Shown: positions 1 through 12,900 of the stretch, in pieces | How positions within the stretch are numbered: the stretch's first letter is position 1 | Layout of the letters: each line of letters starts with the position of its first letter | From: Eledone cirrhosa | Taxonomy: Eukaryota | Length of the DNA stretch: 64,000 nucleotides | NCBI GenBank assembly: GCA_964016885.1 | Contig: OZ024743.1 | Coordinates: 143,282,001-143,346,000 of the forward strand | Direction: 5' to 3' | Program-made: the position numbers and the translations under genes | The notes under the pieces: generated by a model | Told to the model about the DNA's origin: nothing | Databases searched by the model: none | Seen by the model: the letters and a program-made list of their open reading frames with translations, nothing else

Positions 1-3000
1 GTTTGGTCTTTGGTGCTTGGTGTTTCGTGCTTGGTGCTTGGTGTTTGGTGTTTGGTGCTTGGTGCTTGGTGCTTGGTGTTTGGTGTTTGGTGTTTGCTGC
101 TTGGTGTCTGGTGCTTGGTGTTTGGTCTTTGGTGCTTGGTGCTTGGTGTTTGGTGTTTGGTGCTTGGTGTTTGGTGTTTGGTGCTTGTTGCTTGGTGCTT
201 GATGTTTGGTGCTTGGTGCTTGGTGTTTGGTGCTGGGTGCTTGGTGCATGGTATTTGGTGTTTGGTGTTTGGTGCTTGGTGTTTGGTGTTTGGTGTTATA
301 TGCTTGGTGTTTGAGTCTTGGTGCTTGGTGCTTGGTGTTTGGTGTTTGGTGCTTGGTGTTTGATGCTTGGTGCTTGGTGCTTGGTGTTTGGTGCTTGATG
401 TTTGTACTTGGTGCTTGGTGCTTGGTTCTTGGTGTTTGGTGCTTGGTGTTTGGTGCTTAGTGCTTGGTGTTTGGTGTTTGGTGCTTGGTGCTTGGTGCTT
501 GGTGCTTGGTGTTTGGTGCTTGGTGTTAGGTGTTTGGTGCTTGGTGTTTGGTGCTTGGTGCTTGGTGTTTGGTGCTTGGTGTTTGGTGCTTGGTGTTAGG
601 TGTTTGGTGCTTGGTGCTTGGTGTTTGGTTTTTGGTGCTTGGTGCTTGGTGTTTGGTGTTTGGTGCTTGCTGCTGGCTGCTTGGTGTTTGGTTCTTGGTG
701 ATTGGTGCTTGGTGTTTGGTGCTTGGTGTTTGGTGTTTGGTGCTAGGTGCTTGGTGTTTGGTGCTTGGTGCTTGGTGTTTGTACTTGGTGCTTGGTCCTT
801 GGTTCTTGGTGTTTGGTGCTTGGTGCTTGGTGTTTGGTGCTTGGTGTTTGGTGCTTGGTGTTTGGTGCTTGGTGTTTGGTGCTTGGTGCTTGGTGTTTGG
901 TGCCTGGTGCTTGGTGCTTGGTGTTTGGTGTTTGGTGCTTGGTGCTTGAAGTTTGGTGTTTGGTGCTTGGTGCTTGGTGCTTGGTCCTTGGTCTTTGGTG
1001 CTTGGTGTTTGGTGCTTGGTGTTTGGTGCTTGGTGCTTGGTGCTTGGTGCTTGGTGTTTGGTGCTTGGTGTTTCGTGCTTGGTGCTTGGTGTTTGGTGTT
1101 TGGTGCTTGGTGTTTGGTGCTTGGTACTTGGTGTTTGGTGCCTGGTGCTTGGTGCTTGGTGCTTGGTGTTTGGTGTTTGGTGCTTGGTGCTTGGTACTTG
1201 GAGTTTGGTGTTTGGTGCTTGGTGCTTGGTGTTTTGTGTTCGGTGTTTTGTGTTTGGTGTTTGGTTTTTGGTGCTTGGTGCTTGGTCCTTGGTGTTTGGT
1301 GCTGGGTGCTTTGTGTTTGGTGCTTGGTGTTTGGTGTTTGCTGCTTGGTGTTTGATGCTTGGTGCTTGGTGCTTGGTGTTTTGTGTTTGGTGCATGGTTC
1401 TTGGTGTTTGGTGCTTGGTGCTTGGTGCTTGGTGTTTGTACTTGGTGCTTGGTGCTTGGTTCTTGGTTCTTGGTGTTTGGTACTTGGTGCTTGGTGCTTG
1501 GTGCTTGATGTTTGGTGTTTGGTGCTTGGTGTTTGGTGCTTGGTGCTTGGTGTTTTGTGTTTGGTGCTTGGTTCTTGGTGTTTGGTGCTTGGTGCTTGGT
1601 GCTTGGTGTTTGTACTTGATGCTTGGTGCTTGGTGCTTGGTGTTTGGTTCTTGGTTCTTGGTGTTTGGTACTTGGTGCTTGGTGTTTGGTGTTTGCTGTT
1701 TGGTGTTTGGTGTTTGGTGTTTGCTGTTTGGTGTCTGCTTTTTGGTGTTTAGTGTTTGCTGTATGGTGTTTGGTGTTTGCTGTTTGGTGTTTGGTCTTTG
1801 GTGCTTGGTGTTTTGTGCTTGGTGCTTGGTGTTTGGTGTTTGGTGCTTGGTGCTTGGTGTTTGGTGCTTGGTGTTTGGTGTTTGGTGCTTGGTGTCTGGT
1901 GCTTGGTGTTTGATGTTTGGTGCTTGGTGTTTGGTGTTTGGTGCTTGGTGTTTGGTGTTTGGTGTTTGGTGCTTGGTGCTTGGTGTTTGGTGTTTGGTGC
2001 TTGGTGTCTGGTGCTTGGTGTTTGGTTTTTGGTGCTTGGTGTTTGGTGTTTGGTGTTTTGTGCTTGGTGTTTGGTGCTTGGTGTTTGGTGCTGAGTGGTT
2101 GGTGTTTGGTGCTTGGTGTTTGGTGCTGGGTGCTTGGTGTTTGGTGCTGGGTGCTTGGTGTTTGGTGCTTGGTGCTTGGTCTTTGGTGCTTGGTGTTTGG
2201 TGCTTGGTGCTTGGTGCTTGGTTTTTGGTGCTTGGTGCTTGGTGTTTGGTGCTTGGTGCTTAGTGTTTGGTGCTAGGTGCTTGGTGTTTGGTGCTTGGTG
2301 CTGGGTGTTTGCTGCTTGGTGCTTGGTCTTTGGTGCTTGGTGTTTGGTGCTTGGTGCTTGGTGCTTGGTGTTTGGTGCTTGGTGCTTGGTGTTTGGTGCT
2401 TGGTGCTTAGTGTTTGGTGCTAGGTGCTTGGTGTTTGGTGCTTGGTGCTTGGTGTTTGGTGCTTGGTGCTTGGTGTTTGGTGTTTGGTGTTTGTTGTTTG
2501 TTGTTTGGTGTTTGCTGTTTGGTGTTTGGTGTTTGTTTTTTGGTGTTTGGTGTTTGCTGTATGTTGTTTGCTGTTTGGTGTTTGGTGTTTGGTGTTTGGT
2601 GTTTGGTGCTTGGTGTTTGGTGCTTGGTGCTTGGTGTTTGGTGCCTGGTGCTTGGTACTTGGTGCTTGGTGTTTGGTGCTTGGTGCTTGGTGCTTGGTGC
2701 TTGGTGTTTGGTGCTTGGTGCTTGGTGTTTTGTGTTTCGTGTTTGGTTTTTGGTGCTTGGTGCTTGGTGCTTGGTCCTTGGTGTTTGGTGCTGGGTGCTT
2801 TGTGTTTGGTGCTTGTTGCTTGGTGCTTGGTGTTTGGTGTTTGCTGCTTGGTGTTTGAGGCTTGGTGCTTGGTGATTGGTGTTTTCTGTTTGGTGCTTGG
2901 TGCTTGGTGTTTGGTGCTTGGTGCTTGGTGCTTGGTGTTTGTACTTGGTGCTTGGTGCTTGGTGTTTGGTTCTTGGTTCTTGGTGTTTGGTGTTTGGCGT

Positions 3001-6000
3001 TTGGTGTTTGGTGCTTGGTGCTTGGTGCTTGGTGTTTGCTGTTTGGTGTTTGGTGTTTGGTGTTTGGTGTTTGCTGTTTGGTGTCTGCTTTTTGGTGTTT
3101 AGTGTTTGCTGTATGGTGTTTGCTGTTTCGTGTTTGGTGTTTGCTGTTTGGTGTTTGGTGTTTGCTGTTTGGTGTTTGGTCTTTGGTGCTTGGTGTTTCG
3201 TGCTTGGTGCTTGGTGTTTGGTGTTTGGTGCTTGGTGCTTGGTGCTTGGTGTTTGGTGTTTGGTGTTTGCTGCTTGGTGTCTGGTGCTTGGTGTTTGGTG
3301 TTTGGTGCTTGGTGCTTGGTGTTTGGTGTTTGGTGCTTGGTGTTTGGTGTTTGGTGCTTGTTGCTTGGTGCTTGATGTTTGGTGCTTGGTGCTTGGTGTC
3401 TGGTGCTGGGTGCTTGGTGCATGGTATTTGGTGTTTGGTGTTTGGTGCTTGGTGTTTGGTGTTTGGTGTTATATGCTTGGTGTTTGAGTCTTGGTGCTTG
3501 GTGCTTGGTGTTTGGTGTTTGGTGCTTGGTGTTTGATGCTTGGTGCTTGGTGCTTGGTGTTTGGTGCTTGATGTTTGTACTTGGTGCTTGGTGCTTGGTT
3601 CTTGTTGTTTGGTGCTTGGTGTTTGGTGCTTAGTGCTTGGTGTTTCGTGTTTGGTGCTTGGTGCTTGGTGCTTGGTGCTTGGTGTTTGGTGCTTGGTGTT
3701 AGGTGTTTGGTGCTTGGTGTTTGGTGCTTGGTGCTTGGTGTTTGGTGCTTGGTGTTTGGTGCTTGGTGTTAGGTGTTTGGTGCTTGGTGCTTGGTGTTTG
3801 GTTTTTGGTGCTTGGTGCTTGGTGTTTGGTGTTTGGTGCTTGCTGCTGGCTGCTTGGTGTTTGGTTCTTGGTGATTGGTGCTTGGTGTTTGGTGCTTGGT
3901 GTTTGGTGTTTGGTGCTAGGTGCTTGGTGTTTGGTGCTTGGTGCTTGGTGTTTGTACTTGGTGCTTGGTCCTTGGTTCTTGGTGTTTGGTGCTTCGTGCT
4001 TGGTGTTTGGTGCTTGGTGTTTGGTGCTTGGTGCTTGGTGCTTGGTGTTTGGTGCTTGGTGCTTGGTGTTTGGTGCCTGGTGCTTGGTGCTTGGTGTTTG
4101 GTGTTTGGTGCTTGGTGCTTGAAGTTTGGTGTTTGGTGCTTGGTGCTTGGTGCTTGGTCCTTGGTCTTTGGTGCTTGGTGTTTGGTGCTTGGTGTTTGGT
4201 GCTTGGTGCTTGGTGCTTGGTGCTTGGTGTTTGGTGCTTGGTGTTTCGTGCTTGGTGCTTGGTGTTTGGTGTTTGGTGCTTGGTGTTTGGTGCCTGGTGC
4301 TTGGTGCTTGGTGCTTGGTGTTTGGTACTTGGTGCTTGGTGCTTGGTGTTTGGTGTTTGGTGCTTGGTGCTTGGAGTTTGGTGTTTGGTGCTTGGTGCTT
4401 GGTGTTTTGTGTTTCGTGTTTGGTTTTTGGTGCTTGGTGCTTGGTGCTTGGTCCTTGGTGTTTGGTGCTGGGTGCTTTGTGTTTGGTGCTTGGTGCTTGG
4501 TACTTGGTGTTTGGTGTTTGCTGCTTGGTGTTTGATGCTTGGTGCTTGGTGCTTGGTGTTTTGTGTTTGGTGCTTGGTGCTTGGTGTTTGGTGCTTGGTG
4601 CTTGGTGCTTGGTGCTTGGTGTTTGTACTCTGTGCTTGGTGCTTGGTGTTTGGTTCTTGGTTCTTGGTGTTTGGTGCTTGGTGTTTGGTGCTTGGTGCTT
4701 GGTGTTTGGTGTTTGGTGCTTGGTGCTTGGTGTTTGGTGCTTGGTGTTTGAGGCTTGGTGCTTGGTGTCTGGTGCTTGGTGTTTGGTGTTTGGTGCTTGG
4801 TGTTCGGTGTTTGGTGCTTGGTGTTTGGTGTTTGGTGTTTGGTGCTTGGTGCTTGGTGTTTGGTGTTTGGTGCTTGGTGTCTGGTGCTTGGTGTTTGGTG
4901 TTTGGTGCTTGGTGTTTGGTGTTTGGTGTTTTGTGCTTGGTGCTTGGTGTTTGGTGTTTGGTGTTTGGTGCTTGGTGCTTGGTGTTTGGTGCTGAGTGGT
5001 TGGTGTTTGGTGCTTGGTGTTTGGTGCTGGGTGCTTGGTGTTTGGTGCTGGGTGTTTGGTGCTTGGTGCTTGGTCTTTGGTGCTTGGTGTTTGGTGCTTG
5101 GTGCTTGGTGCTTGGTGTTTGGTGCTTGGTGCTTGGTGTTTGGTGCTTGGTGCTTAGTGTTTGGTGCTAGGTGCTTGGTGTTTGGTGCTTGGTGCTTGGT
5201 GTTTGGTGCTTGGTGCTTGGTGTTTGGTGTTTGGTGTTTGTTGTTTGTTGTTTGGTGTTTGCTGTTTGGTGTTTGGTGTTTGTTTTTTGGTGTTTGGTGT
5301 TTGCTGTATGTTGTTTGCTGTTTGGTGTTTGGTGTTTGGTGTTTGGTGTTTGGTGCTTGGTGTTTGGTGCTTGGTGCTTGGTGTTTGGTGCCTGGTGCTT
5401 GGTACTTGGTGCTTGGTGTTTGGTGCTTGGTGCTTGGTGCTTGGTGCTTGGTGTTTGGTGCTTGGTGCTTGGTGTTTTGTGTTTCGTGTTTGGTTTTTGG
5501 TGCTTGGTGCTTGGTGCTTGGTCCTTGGTGTTTGGTGCTGGGTGCTTTGTGTTTGGTGCTTGTTGCTTGGTGCTTGGTGTTTGGTGTTTGCTGCTTGGTG
5601 TTTGAGGCTTGGTGCTTGGTGATTGGTGTTTTCTGTTTGGTGCTTGGTGCTTGGTGTTTGGTGCTTGGTGCTTGGTGCTTGGTGCTTGGTGTTTGTACTT
5701 GGTGCTTGGTGCTTGGTGTTTGGTTCTTGGTTCTTGGTGTTTGGTGTTTGGCGTTTGGTGTTTGGTGCTTGGTGCTTGGTGCTTGGTGTTTGCTGTTTGG
5801 TGTTTGGTGTTTGGTGTTTGGTGTTTGCTGTTTGGTGTCTGCTTTTTGGTGTTTAGTGTTTGCTGTATGGTGTTTGCTGTTTCGTGTTTGGTGTTTGCTG
5901 TTTGGTGTTTGGTGTTTGCTGTTTGGTGTTTGGTCTTTGGTGCTTGGTGTTTCGTGCTTGGTGCTTGGTGTTTGGTGTTTGGTGCTTGGTGCTTGGTGCT

Positions 6001-6516
6001 TGGTGTTTGGTGTTTGGTGTTTGCTGCTTGGTGTCTGGTGCTTGGTGTTTGGTGTTTGGTGCTTGGTGCTTGGTGTTTGGTTTTTGGTGCTTGGTGTTTG
6101 GTGTTTGGTGCTTGTTGCTTGGTGCTTGATGTTTGGTGCTTGGTGCTTGGTGTTTGGTGCTGGGTGCTTGGTGCATGGTATTTGGTGTTTGGTGTTTGGT
6201 GCTTGGTGTTTGATGTTTGGTGTTATATGCTTGGTGTTTGAGTCTTGGTGCTTGGTGCTTGGTGTTTGGTGTTTGGTGCTTGGTGTTTGATGCTTGGTGC
6301 TTGGTGCTTGGTGTTTGGTGCTTGATGTTTGTACTTGGTGCTTGGTGCTTGGTTCTTGGTGTTTGGTGCTTGGTGTTTGGTGCTTAGTGCTTGGTGTTTG
6401 GTGTTTGGTGCTTGGTGCTTGGTGCTTGGTGCTTGGTGTTTGGTGCTTGGTGTTAGGTGTTTGGTGCTTGGTGTTTGGTGCTTGGTGCTTGGTGTTTGGT
6501 GCTTGGTGCTTGGTGT

Positions 6517-6930
6517 TTGTACTTGGTGCTTGGTGCTTGGTTCTTGGTTCTTGGTGTTTGGTACTTGGTGCTTGGTGCTTGGTGCTTGATGTTTGGTGTT
6601 TGGTGCTTGGTGTTTGGTGCTTGGTGCTTGGTGTTTTGTGTTTGGTGCATGGTTCTTGGTGTTTGGTGCTTGGTGCTTGGTGCTTGGTGTTTGTACTTGG
6701 TGCTTGGTGCTTGGTTCTTGGTTCTTGGTGTTTGGTACTTGGTGCTTGGTGCTTGGTGCTTGATGTTTGGTGTTTGGTGCTTGGTGTTTGGTGCTTGGTG
6801 CTTGGTGTTTTGTGTTTGGTGCTTGGTTCTTGGTGTTTGGTGCTTGGTGCTTGGTGCTTGGTGTTTGTACTTGATGCTTGGTGCTTGGTGCTTGGTGTTT
6901 GGTTCTTGGTTCTTGGTGTTTGGTACTTGG
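6517..6930 (+). repeat. 174-bp subrepeat (24 heptamers + TTGTAC) marked by three successive TTGTAC units
   Basis: TTGTAC at 6517, 6691 and 6865, each followed by TTGGTTC-TTGGTTC-TTGGTGT-TTGGTAC. Other A units have two such marks (1436/1610; 9821/10002 at 181 bp). Confidence 0.8.
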
Positions 6931-9900
6931 TGCTTGGTGTTTGGTGTTTGCTGTTTGGTGTTTGGTGTTTGGTGTTTGCTGTTTGGTGTCTGCTTTTTGG
7001 TGTTTAGTGTTTGCTGTATGGTGTTTGGTGTTTGCTGTTTGGTGTTTGGTCTTTGGTGCTTGGTGTTTTGTGCTTGGTGCTTGGTGTTTGGTGTTTGGTG
7101 CTTGGTGCTTGGTGTTTGGTGCTTGGTGTTTGGTGTTTGGTGCTTGGTGTCTGGTGCTTGGTGTTTGATGTTTGGTGCTTGGTGTTTGGTGTTTGGTGCT
7201 TGGTGTTTGGTGTTTGGTGTTTGGTGCTTGGTGCTTGGTGTTTGGTGTTTGGTGCTTGGTGTCTGGTGCTTGGTGTTTGGTTTTTGGTGCTTGGTGTTTG
7301 GTGTTTGGTGTTTTGTGCTTGGTGTTTGGTGCTTGGTGTTTGGTGCTGAGTGGTTGGTGTTTGGTGCTTGGTGTTTGGTGCTGGGTGCTTGGTGTTTGGT
7401 GCTGGGTGCTTGGTGTTTGGTGCTTGGTGCTTGGTCTTTGGTGCTTGGTGTTTGGTGCTTGGTGCTTGGTGCTTGGTGTTTGGTGCTTGGTGCTTGGTGT
7501 TTGGTGCTTGGTGCTTAGTGTTTGGTGCTAGGTGCTTGGTGTTTGGTGCTTGGTGCTTGGTGTTTGGTGCTTGGTGCTTGGATTTGGTGTTTGGTGTTTG
7601 GTGCTTGGTGCTTGGTGTTTGCTGTTTGCTGTTTGGTGTTTGTTGTTTGTTGTTTGGTGTTTGCTGTTTGGTGTTTGGTGTTTGCTTTTTGGTGTTTGGT
7701 GTTTGCTGTATGTTGTTTGCTGTTTGGTGTTTGGTGTTTGGTGTTTGGTGTTTGGTGCTTGGTGTTTGGTGCTTGGTGCTTGGTGTTTGGTGCCTGGTGC
7801 TTGGTACTTGGTGCTTGGTGTTTGGTGCTTGGTGCTTGGTGCTTGGTGTTTGGTGCTTGGTGCTTGGTGTTTTGGGTTTCGTGTTTGGTTTTTGGTGCTT
7901 GGTGCTTGGTGCTTGGTCCTTGGTGTTTGGTGCTGGGTGCTTTGTGTTTGGTGCTTGTTGCTTGGTGCTTGGTGTTTGGTGTTTGCTGCTTGGTGTTTGA
8001 GGCTTGGTGCTTGGTGCTTGGTGTTTTCTGTTTGGTGCTTGGTGCTTGGTGTTTGGTGCTTGGTGCTTGGTGCTTGGTGTTTGTACTTGGTGCTTGGTGC
8101 TTGGTGTTTGGTTCTTGGTTCTTGGTGTTTGGTGTTTGGCGTTTGGTGTTTGGTGCTTGGTGCTTGGTGCTTGGTGTTAGGTATTTGGTGTTTGGTGCTT
8201 GGTGTTTGGTGCTTGGTGTTTGGTGTTTGGTGTTTGGTGTTTGGTGTTTGCTGTTTGGTGTCTGCTTTTTGGTGTTTAGTGTTTGCTGTATGGTGTTTGC
8301 TGTTTCGTGTTTGGTGTTTGCTGTTTGGTGTTTGGTGTTTGCTGTTTGGTGTTTGGTCTTTGGTGCATGGTGTTTGGTGCTTGGTGCTTGGTGTTTGGTG
8401 TTTGGTGCTTGGTGCTTGGTGTTTGGTGTTTGCTGCTTGGTGTCTGGTGCTTGGTGTTTGGTGTTTGGTGCTTGGTGCTTGGTGTTTGGTGTTTGGTGCT
8501 TGGTGTTTGGTGTTTGGTGCTTGTTGCTTGGTGCTTGATGTTTGGTGCTTGATGCTTGGTGTTTGGTGCTGGGTGCTTGGTGCATGGTATTTGGTGTTTG
8601 GTGTTTGGTGCTTGGTGTTTGGTGTTTGGTGTTATATGCTTGGTGTTTGAGTCTTGGTGCTTGGTGCTTGGTGTTTAGTGTTTCGTGCTTGGTGTTTGAT
8701 GCTTGGTGCTTGGTGCTTGGTGTTTGGTGCTTGATGTTTGTACTTGGTGCTTGGTGCTTGGTTCTTGGTGTTTGGTGCTTGGTGTTTGGTGCTTGGTGCT
8801 TGGTGTTTGGTGTTTGGTGCTTGGTGCTTGGTGCTTGGTGCTTGGTGTTTGGTGCTTGGTGTTTGGTGCTTGGTGTTAGGTGTTTGGTGCTTGGTGTTTG
8901 GTGCTTGGTGTTTGGTGCTTGGTGTTTGGTGCTTGGTGTTAGGTGTTTGGTGCTTGGTGCTTGGTGTTTGATTTTTGGTGCTTGGTGCTTGGTGTTTGGT
9001 GTTTGGTGCTTGCTGCTGGCTGCTTGGTGTTTGGTTCTTGTTGATTGGTGCTTGGTGTTTGGTGCTTGGTGTTTGGTGTTTGGTGCTAGGTGCTTGGTGT
9101 TTGGTGCTTGGTGCTTGTTGTTTGTACTTGGTGCTTGGTCCTTGGTTCTTGGTGTTTGGTGCTTGGTGCTTGGTGTTTGGTGCTTGGTGTTTGGTGCTTG
9201 GTGTTTGGTGCTTGGTGTTTGGTGCTTGGTGCTTGGTGTTTGGTGCTTGGTGCTTGGTGCTTGGTGTTTGGTGCCTGGTGCTTGGTGCTTGGTGTTTGGT
9301 GTTTGGTGCTTGGTGCTTGAAGTTTGGTGTTTGGTGTTTGGTGCTTGGTGCTTGGTGCTTGGTCCTTGGTCTTTTGTGCTTGGTGTTTGGTGCTTGGTGT
9401 TTGGTGCTTGGTGCTTGGTGCTTGGTGTTTGGTGCTTGGTGTTTGGTGCTTGGTGTTTGGTGCTTGGTGCTTGGTGTTTGGTGTTTGGTGTTTGGTGCTT
9501 GGTACTTGGTGTTTGGTGCCTGGTGCTTGGTGCTTGGTGCTTGGTGTTTGGTGTTTGGTGCTTGGTGCTTGGTGCTTGGTGCTTGGAGTTTGGTGTTTGG
9601 TGCTTGGTGCTTGGTGTTTTGTGTTTTGTGTTTGGTGTTTGGTTTTTGGTGCTTGGTGCTTGGTCCTTGGTGTTTGGTCCTGGGTGCTTTGTGTTTGGTG
9701 CTTGGTGCTTGGTGCTTGGTGTTTGCTGCTTGGTGTTTGATGCTTGGTGCTTGGTGCTTGGTGTTTTGTGTTTGGTGCATGGTTCTTGGTGTTTGGTGCT
9801 TGGTGCTTGGTGCTTGGTGTTTGTACTTGGTGCTTGGTGCTTGGTTCTTGGTTCTTGGTGTTTGGTACTTGGTGCTTGGTGCTTGGTGCTTGATGTTTGG

Positions 9901-12900
9901 TGTTTGGTGCTTGGTGTTTGGTGCTTGGTGCTTGGTGCTTGGTGTTTTGTGTTTGGTGCTTGGTTCTTGGTGTTTGGTGCTTGGTGCTTGGTGCTTGGTG
10001 TTTGTACTTGATGCTTGGTGCTTGGTGTTTGGTTCTTGGTTCTTGGTGTTTGGTACTTGGTGCTTGGTGTTTGGTGTTTGCTGTTTGGTGTTTGGTGTTT
10101 GGTGTTTGCTGTTTGCTGTTTGGTGTCTGCTTTTTGGTGTTTAGTGTTTGCTCTATGGTGTTTGGTGTTTGCTGTTTGGTGTTTGGTCTTTGGTGCTTGG
10201 TGTTTGGTGCTTGGTGCTTGGTGTTTGGTGTTTGGTGCTTGGTGCTTGGTGTTTGGTGCTTGGTGTTTGGTGTTTGGTGCTTGGTGTCTGGTGCTTGGTG
10301 TTTGGTGTTTGGTGCTTGGTGTTTGGTGTTTGGTGCTTGGTGTTTGGTGCTTGGTGCTTGGTGTTTGGTGCTTGGTGTCTGGTGCTTGGTGTTTGGTGCT
10401 TGGTGTTTGGTGTTTGGTGTTTTGTGCTTGGTGCTTGGTGCTTGGTGTTTGGTGTTTGGTGCTTGGTGTTTGGTGTTTGGTGTTTGGTGCTTGGTGCTTG
10501 GTGTTTGGTGTTTGGTGCTTGGTGTCTGGTGCTTGGTGTTTGGTTTTTGGTGCTTGGTGTTTGGTGTTTGGTGTTTTGTGCTTGGTGTTTGGTGCTTGGT
10601 GTTTGGTGCTGAGTGGTTGGTGTTTGGTGCTTGGTGTTTGGTGCTGGGTGCTTGGTGTTTGGTGCTGGGTGCTTGGTGTTTGGTGCTTGGTGCTTGGTCT
10701 TTGGTGCTTGGTGTTTGGTGCTTGGTGCTTGGTGCTTGGTGTTTGGTGCTTGGTGCTTGGTGTTTGGTGCTTGGTGCTTAGTGTTTGGTGCTAGGTGCTT
10801 GGTGTTTGGTGCTTGGTGCTTGGTGTTTGGTGCTTGGTGCTTGGTGTTTGGTGTTTGGTGTTTGGTGCTTGGTGCTTGGTGTTTGCTGTTTGCTGTTTGG
10901 TGTTTGTTGTTTGTTGTTTGGTGTTTGCTGTTTGGTGTTTGGTGTTTGCTTTTTGGTGTTTGGTGTTTGCTGTATGTTGTTTGCTGTTTGGTGTTTGGTG
11001 TTTGGTGTTTGGTGTTTGGTGCTTGGTGTTTGGTGCTTGGTGCTTGGTGTTTGGTGCCTGGTGCTTGGTACTTGGTGCTTGGTGTTTGGTGCTTGGTGCT
11101 TGGTGCTTGGTGTTTGGTGCTTGGTGCTTGGTGTTTTGGGTTTCGTGTTTGGTTTTTGGTGCTTGGTGCTTGGTGCTTGGTCCTTGGTGTTTGGTGCTGG
11201 GTGCTTTGTGTTTGGTGCTTGTTGCTTGGTGCTTGGTGTTTGGTGTTTGCTGCTTGGTGTTTGAGGCTTGGTGCTTGGTGCTTGGTGTTTTCTGTTTGGT
11301 GCTTGGTGCTTGGTGTTTGGTGCTTGGTGCTTGGTGCTTGGTGTTTGTACTTGGTGCTTGGTGCTTGGTGTTTGGTTCTTGGTTCTTGGTGTTTGGTGTT
11401 TGGCGTTTGGTGTTTGGTGCTTGGTGCTTGGTGCTTGGTGTTAGGTATTTGGTGTTTGGTGCTTGGTGTTTGGTGCTTGGTGTTTGGTGTTTGGTGTTTG
11501 GTGTTTGGTGTTTGCTGTTTGGTGTCTGCTTTTTGGTGTTTAGTGTTTGCTGTATGGTGTTTGCTGTTTCGTGTTTGGTGTTTGCTGTTTGGTGTTTGGT
11601 GTTTGCTGTTTGGTGTTTGGTCTTTGGTGCATGGTGTTTGGTGCTTGGTGCTTGGTGTTTGGTGTTTGGTGCTTGGTGCTTGGTGTTTGGTGTTTGGTGC
11701 TTGGTGTTTGGTGTTTGGTGTTTGCTGCTTGGTGTCTGGTGCTTGGTGTTTGGTGTTTGGTGCTTGGTGCTTGGTGTTTGGTGTTTGGTGCTTGGTGTTT
11801 GGTGTTTGGTGCTTGTTGCTTGGTGCTTGATGTTTGGTGCTTGATGCTTGGTGTTTGGTGCTGGGTGCTTGGTGCATGGTATTTGGTGTTTGGTGTTTGG
11901 TGCTTGGTGTTTGGTGTTTGGTGTTATATGCTTGGTGTTTGAGTCTTGGTGCTTGGTGCTTGGTGTTTAGTGTTTCGTGCTTGGTGTTTGATGCTTGGTG
12001 CTTGGTGCTTGGTGTTTGGTGCTTGATGTTTGTACTTGGTGCTTGGTGCTTGGTTCTTGGTGTTTGGTGCTTGGTGTTTGGTGCTTGGTGCTTGGTGTTT
12101 GGTGTTTGGTGTTTGGTGCTTGGTGTTTGGTGCTTGGTGTTAGGTGTTTGGTGCTTCGTGTTTGGTGCTTGGTGTTTGGTGCTTGGTCCTTGGTCTTTTG
12201 TGCTTGGTGTTTGGTGCTTGGTGTTTGGTGCTTGGTGCTTGGTGCTTGGTGTTTGGTGCTTGGTGTTTGGTGCTTGGTGCTTGGTGTTTGATTTTTGGTG
12301 CTTGGTGCTTGGTGTTTGGTGTTTGGTGCTTGCTGCTGGCTGCTTGGTGTTTGGTTCTTGTTGATTGGTGCTTGGTGTTTGGTGCTTGGTGTTTGGTGTT
12401 TGGTGCTAGGTGCTTGGTGTTTGGTGCTTGGTGCTTGGTGTTTGTACTTGATGCTTGGTCCTTGGTTCTTGGTGTTTGGTGCTTGGTGCTTGGTGTTTGG
12501 TGCTTGGTGTTTGGTGCTTGGTGTTTGGTGCTTGGTGTTTGGTGCTTGGTGCTTGGTGTTTGGTGCTTGGTGCTTGGTGCTTGGTGTTTGGTGCCTGGTG
12601 CTTGGTGCTTGGTGTTTGGTGTTTGGTGCTTGGTGCTTGAAGTTTGGTGTTTGGTGTTTGGTGCTTGGTGCTTGGTGCTTGGTCCTTGGTCTTTTGTGCT
12701 TGGTGTTTGGTGCTTGGTGTTTGGTGCTTGGTGCTTGGTGCTTGGTGTTTGGTGCTTGGTGTTTGGTGCTTGGTGCTTGGTGTTTGGTGTTTGGTGTTTG
12801 GTGCTTGGTACTTGGTGTTTGGTGCCTGGTGCTTGGTGCTTGGTGCTTGGTGTTTGGTGTTTGGTGCTTGGTGCTTGGTGCTTGGTGCTTGGAGTTTGGT

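Noticed and set aside
2261-2430. 147-bp (and 174/181-bp) spacings as nucleosome periodicity
   Set aside because: The 147-bp repeat (TTAGTGT..TAGGTGC at 2261/2408) is a single 21-monomer duplication. These periods are local rather than array-wide.
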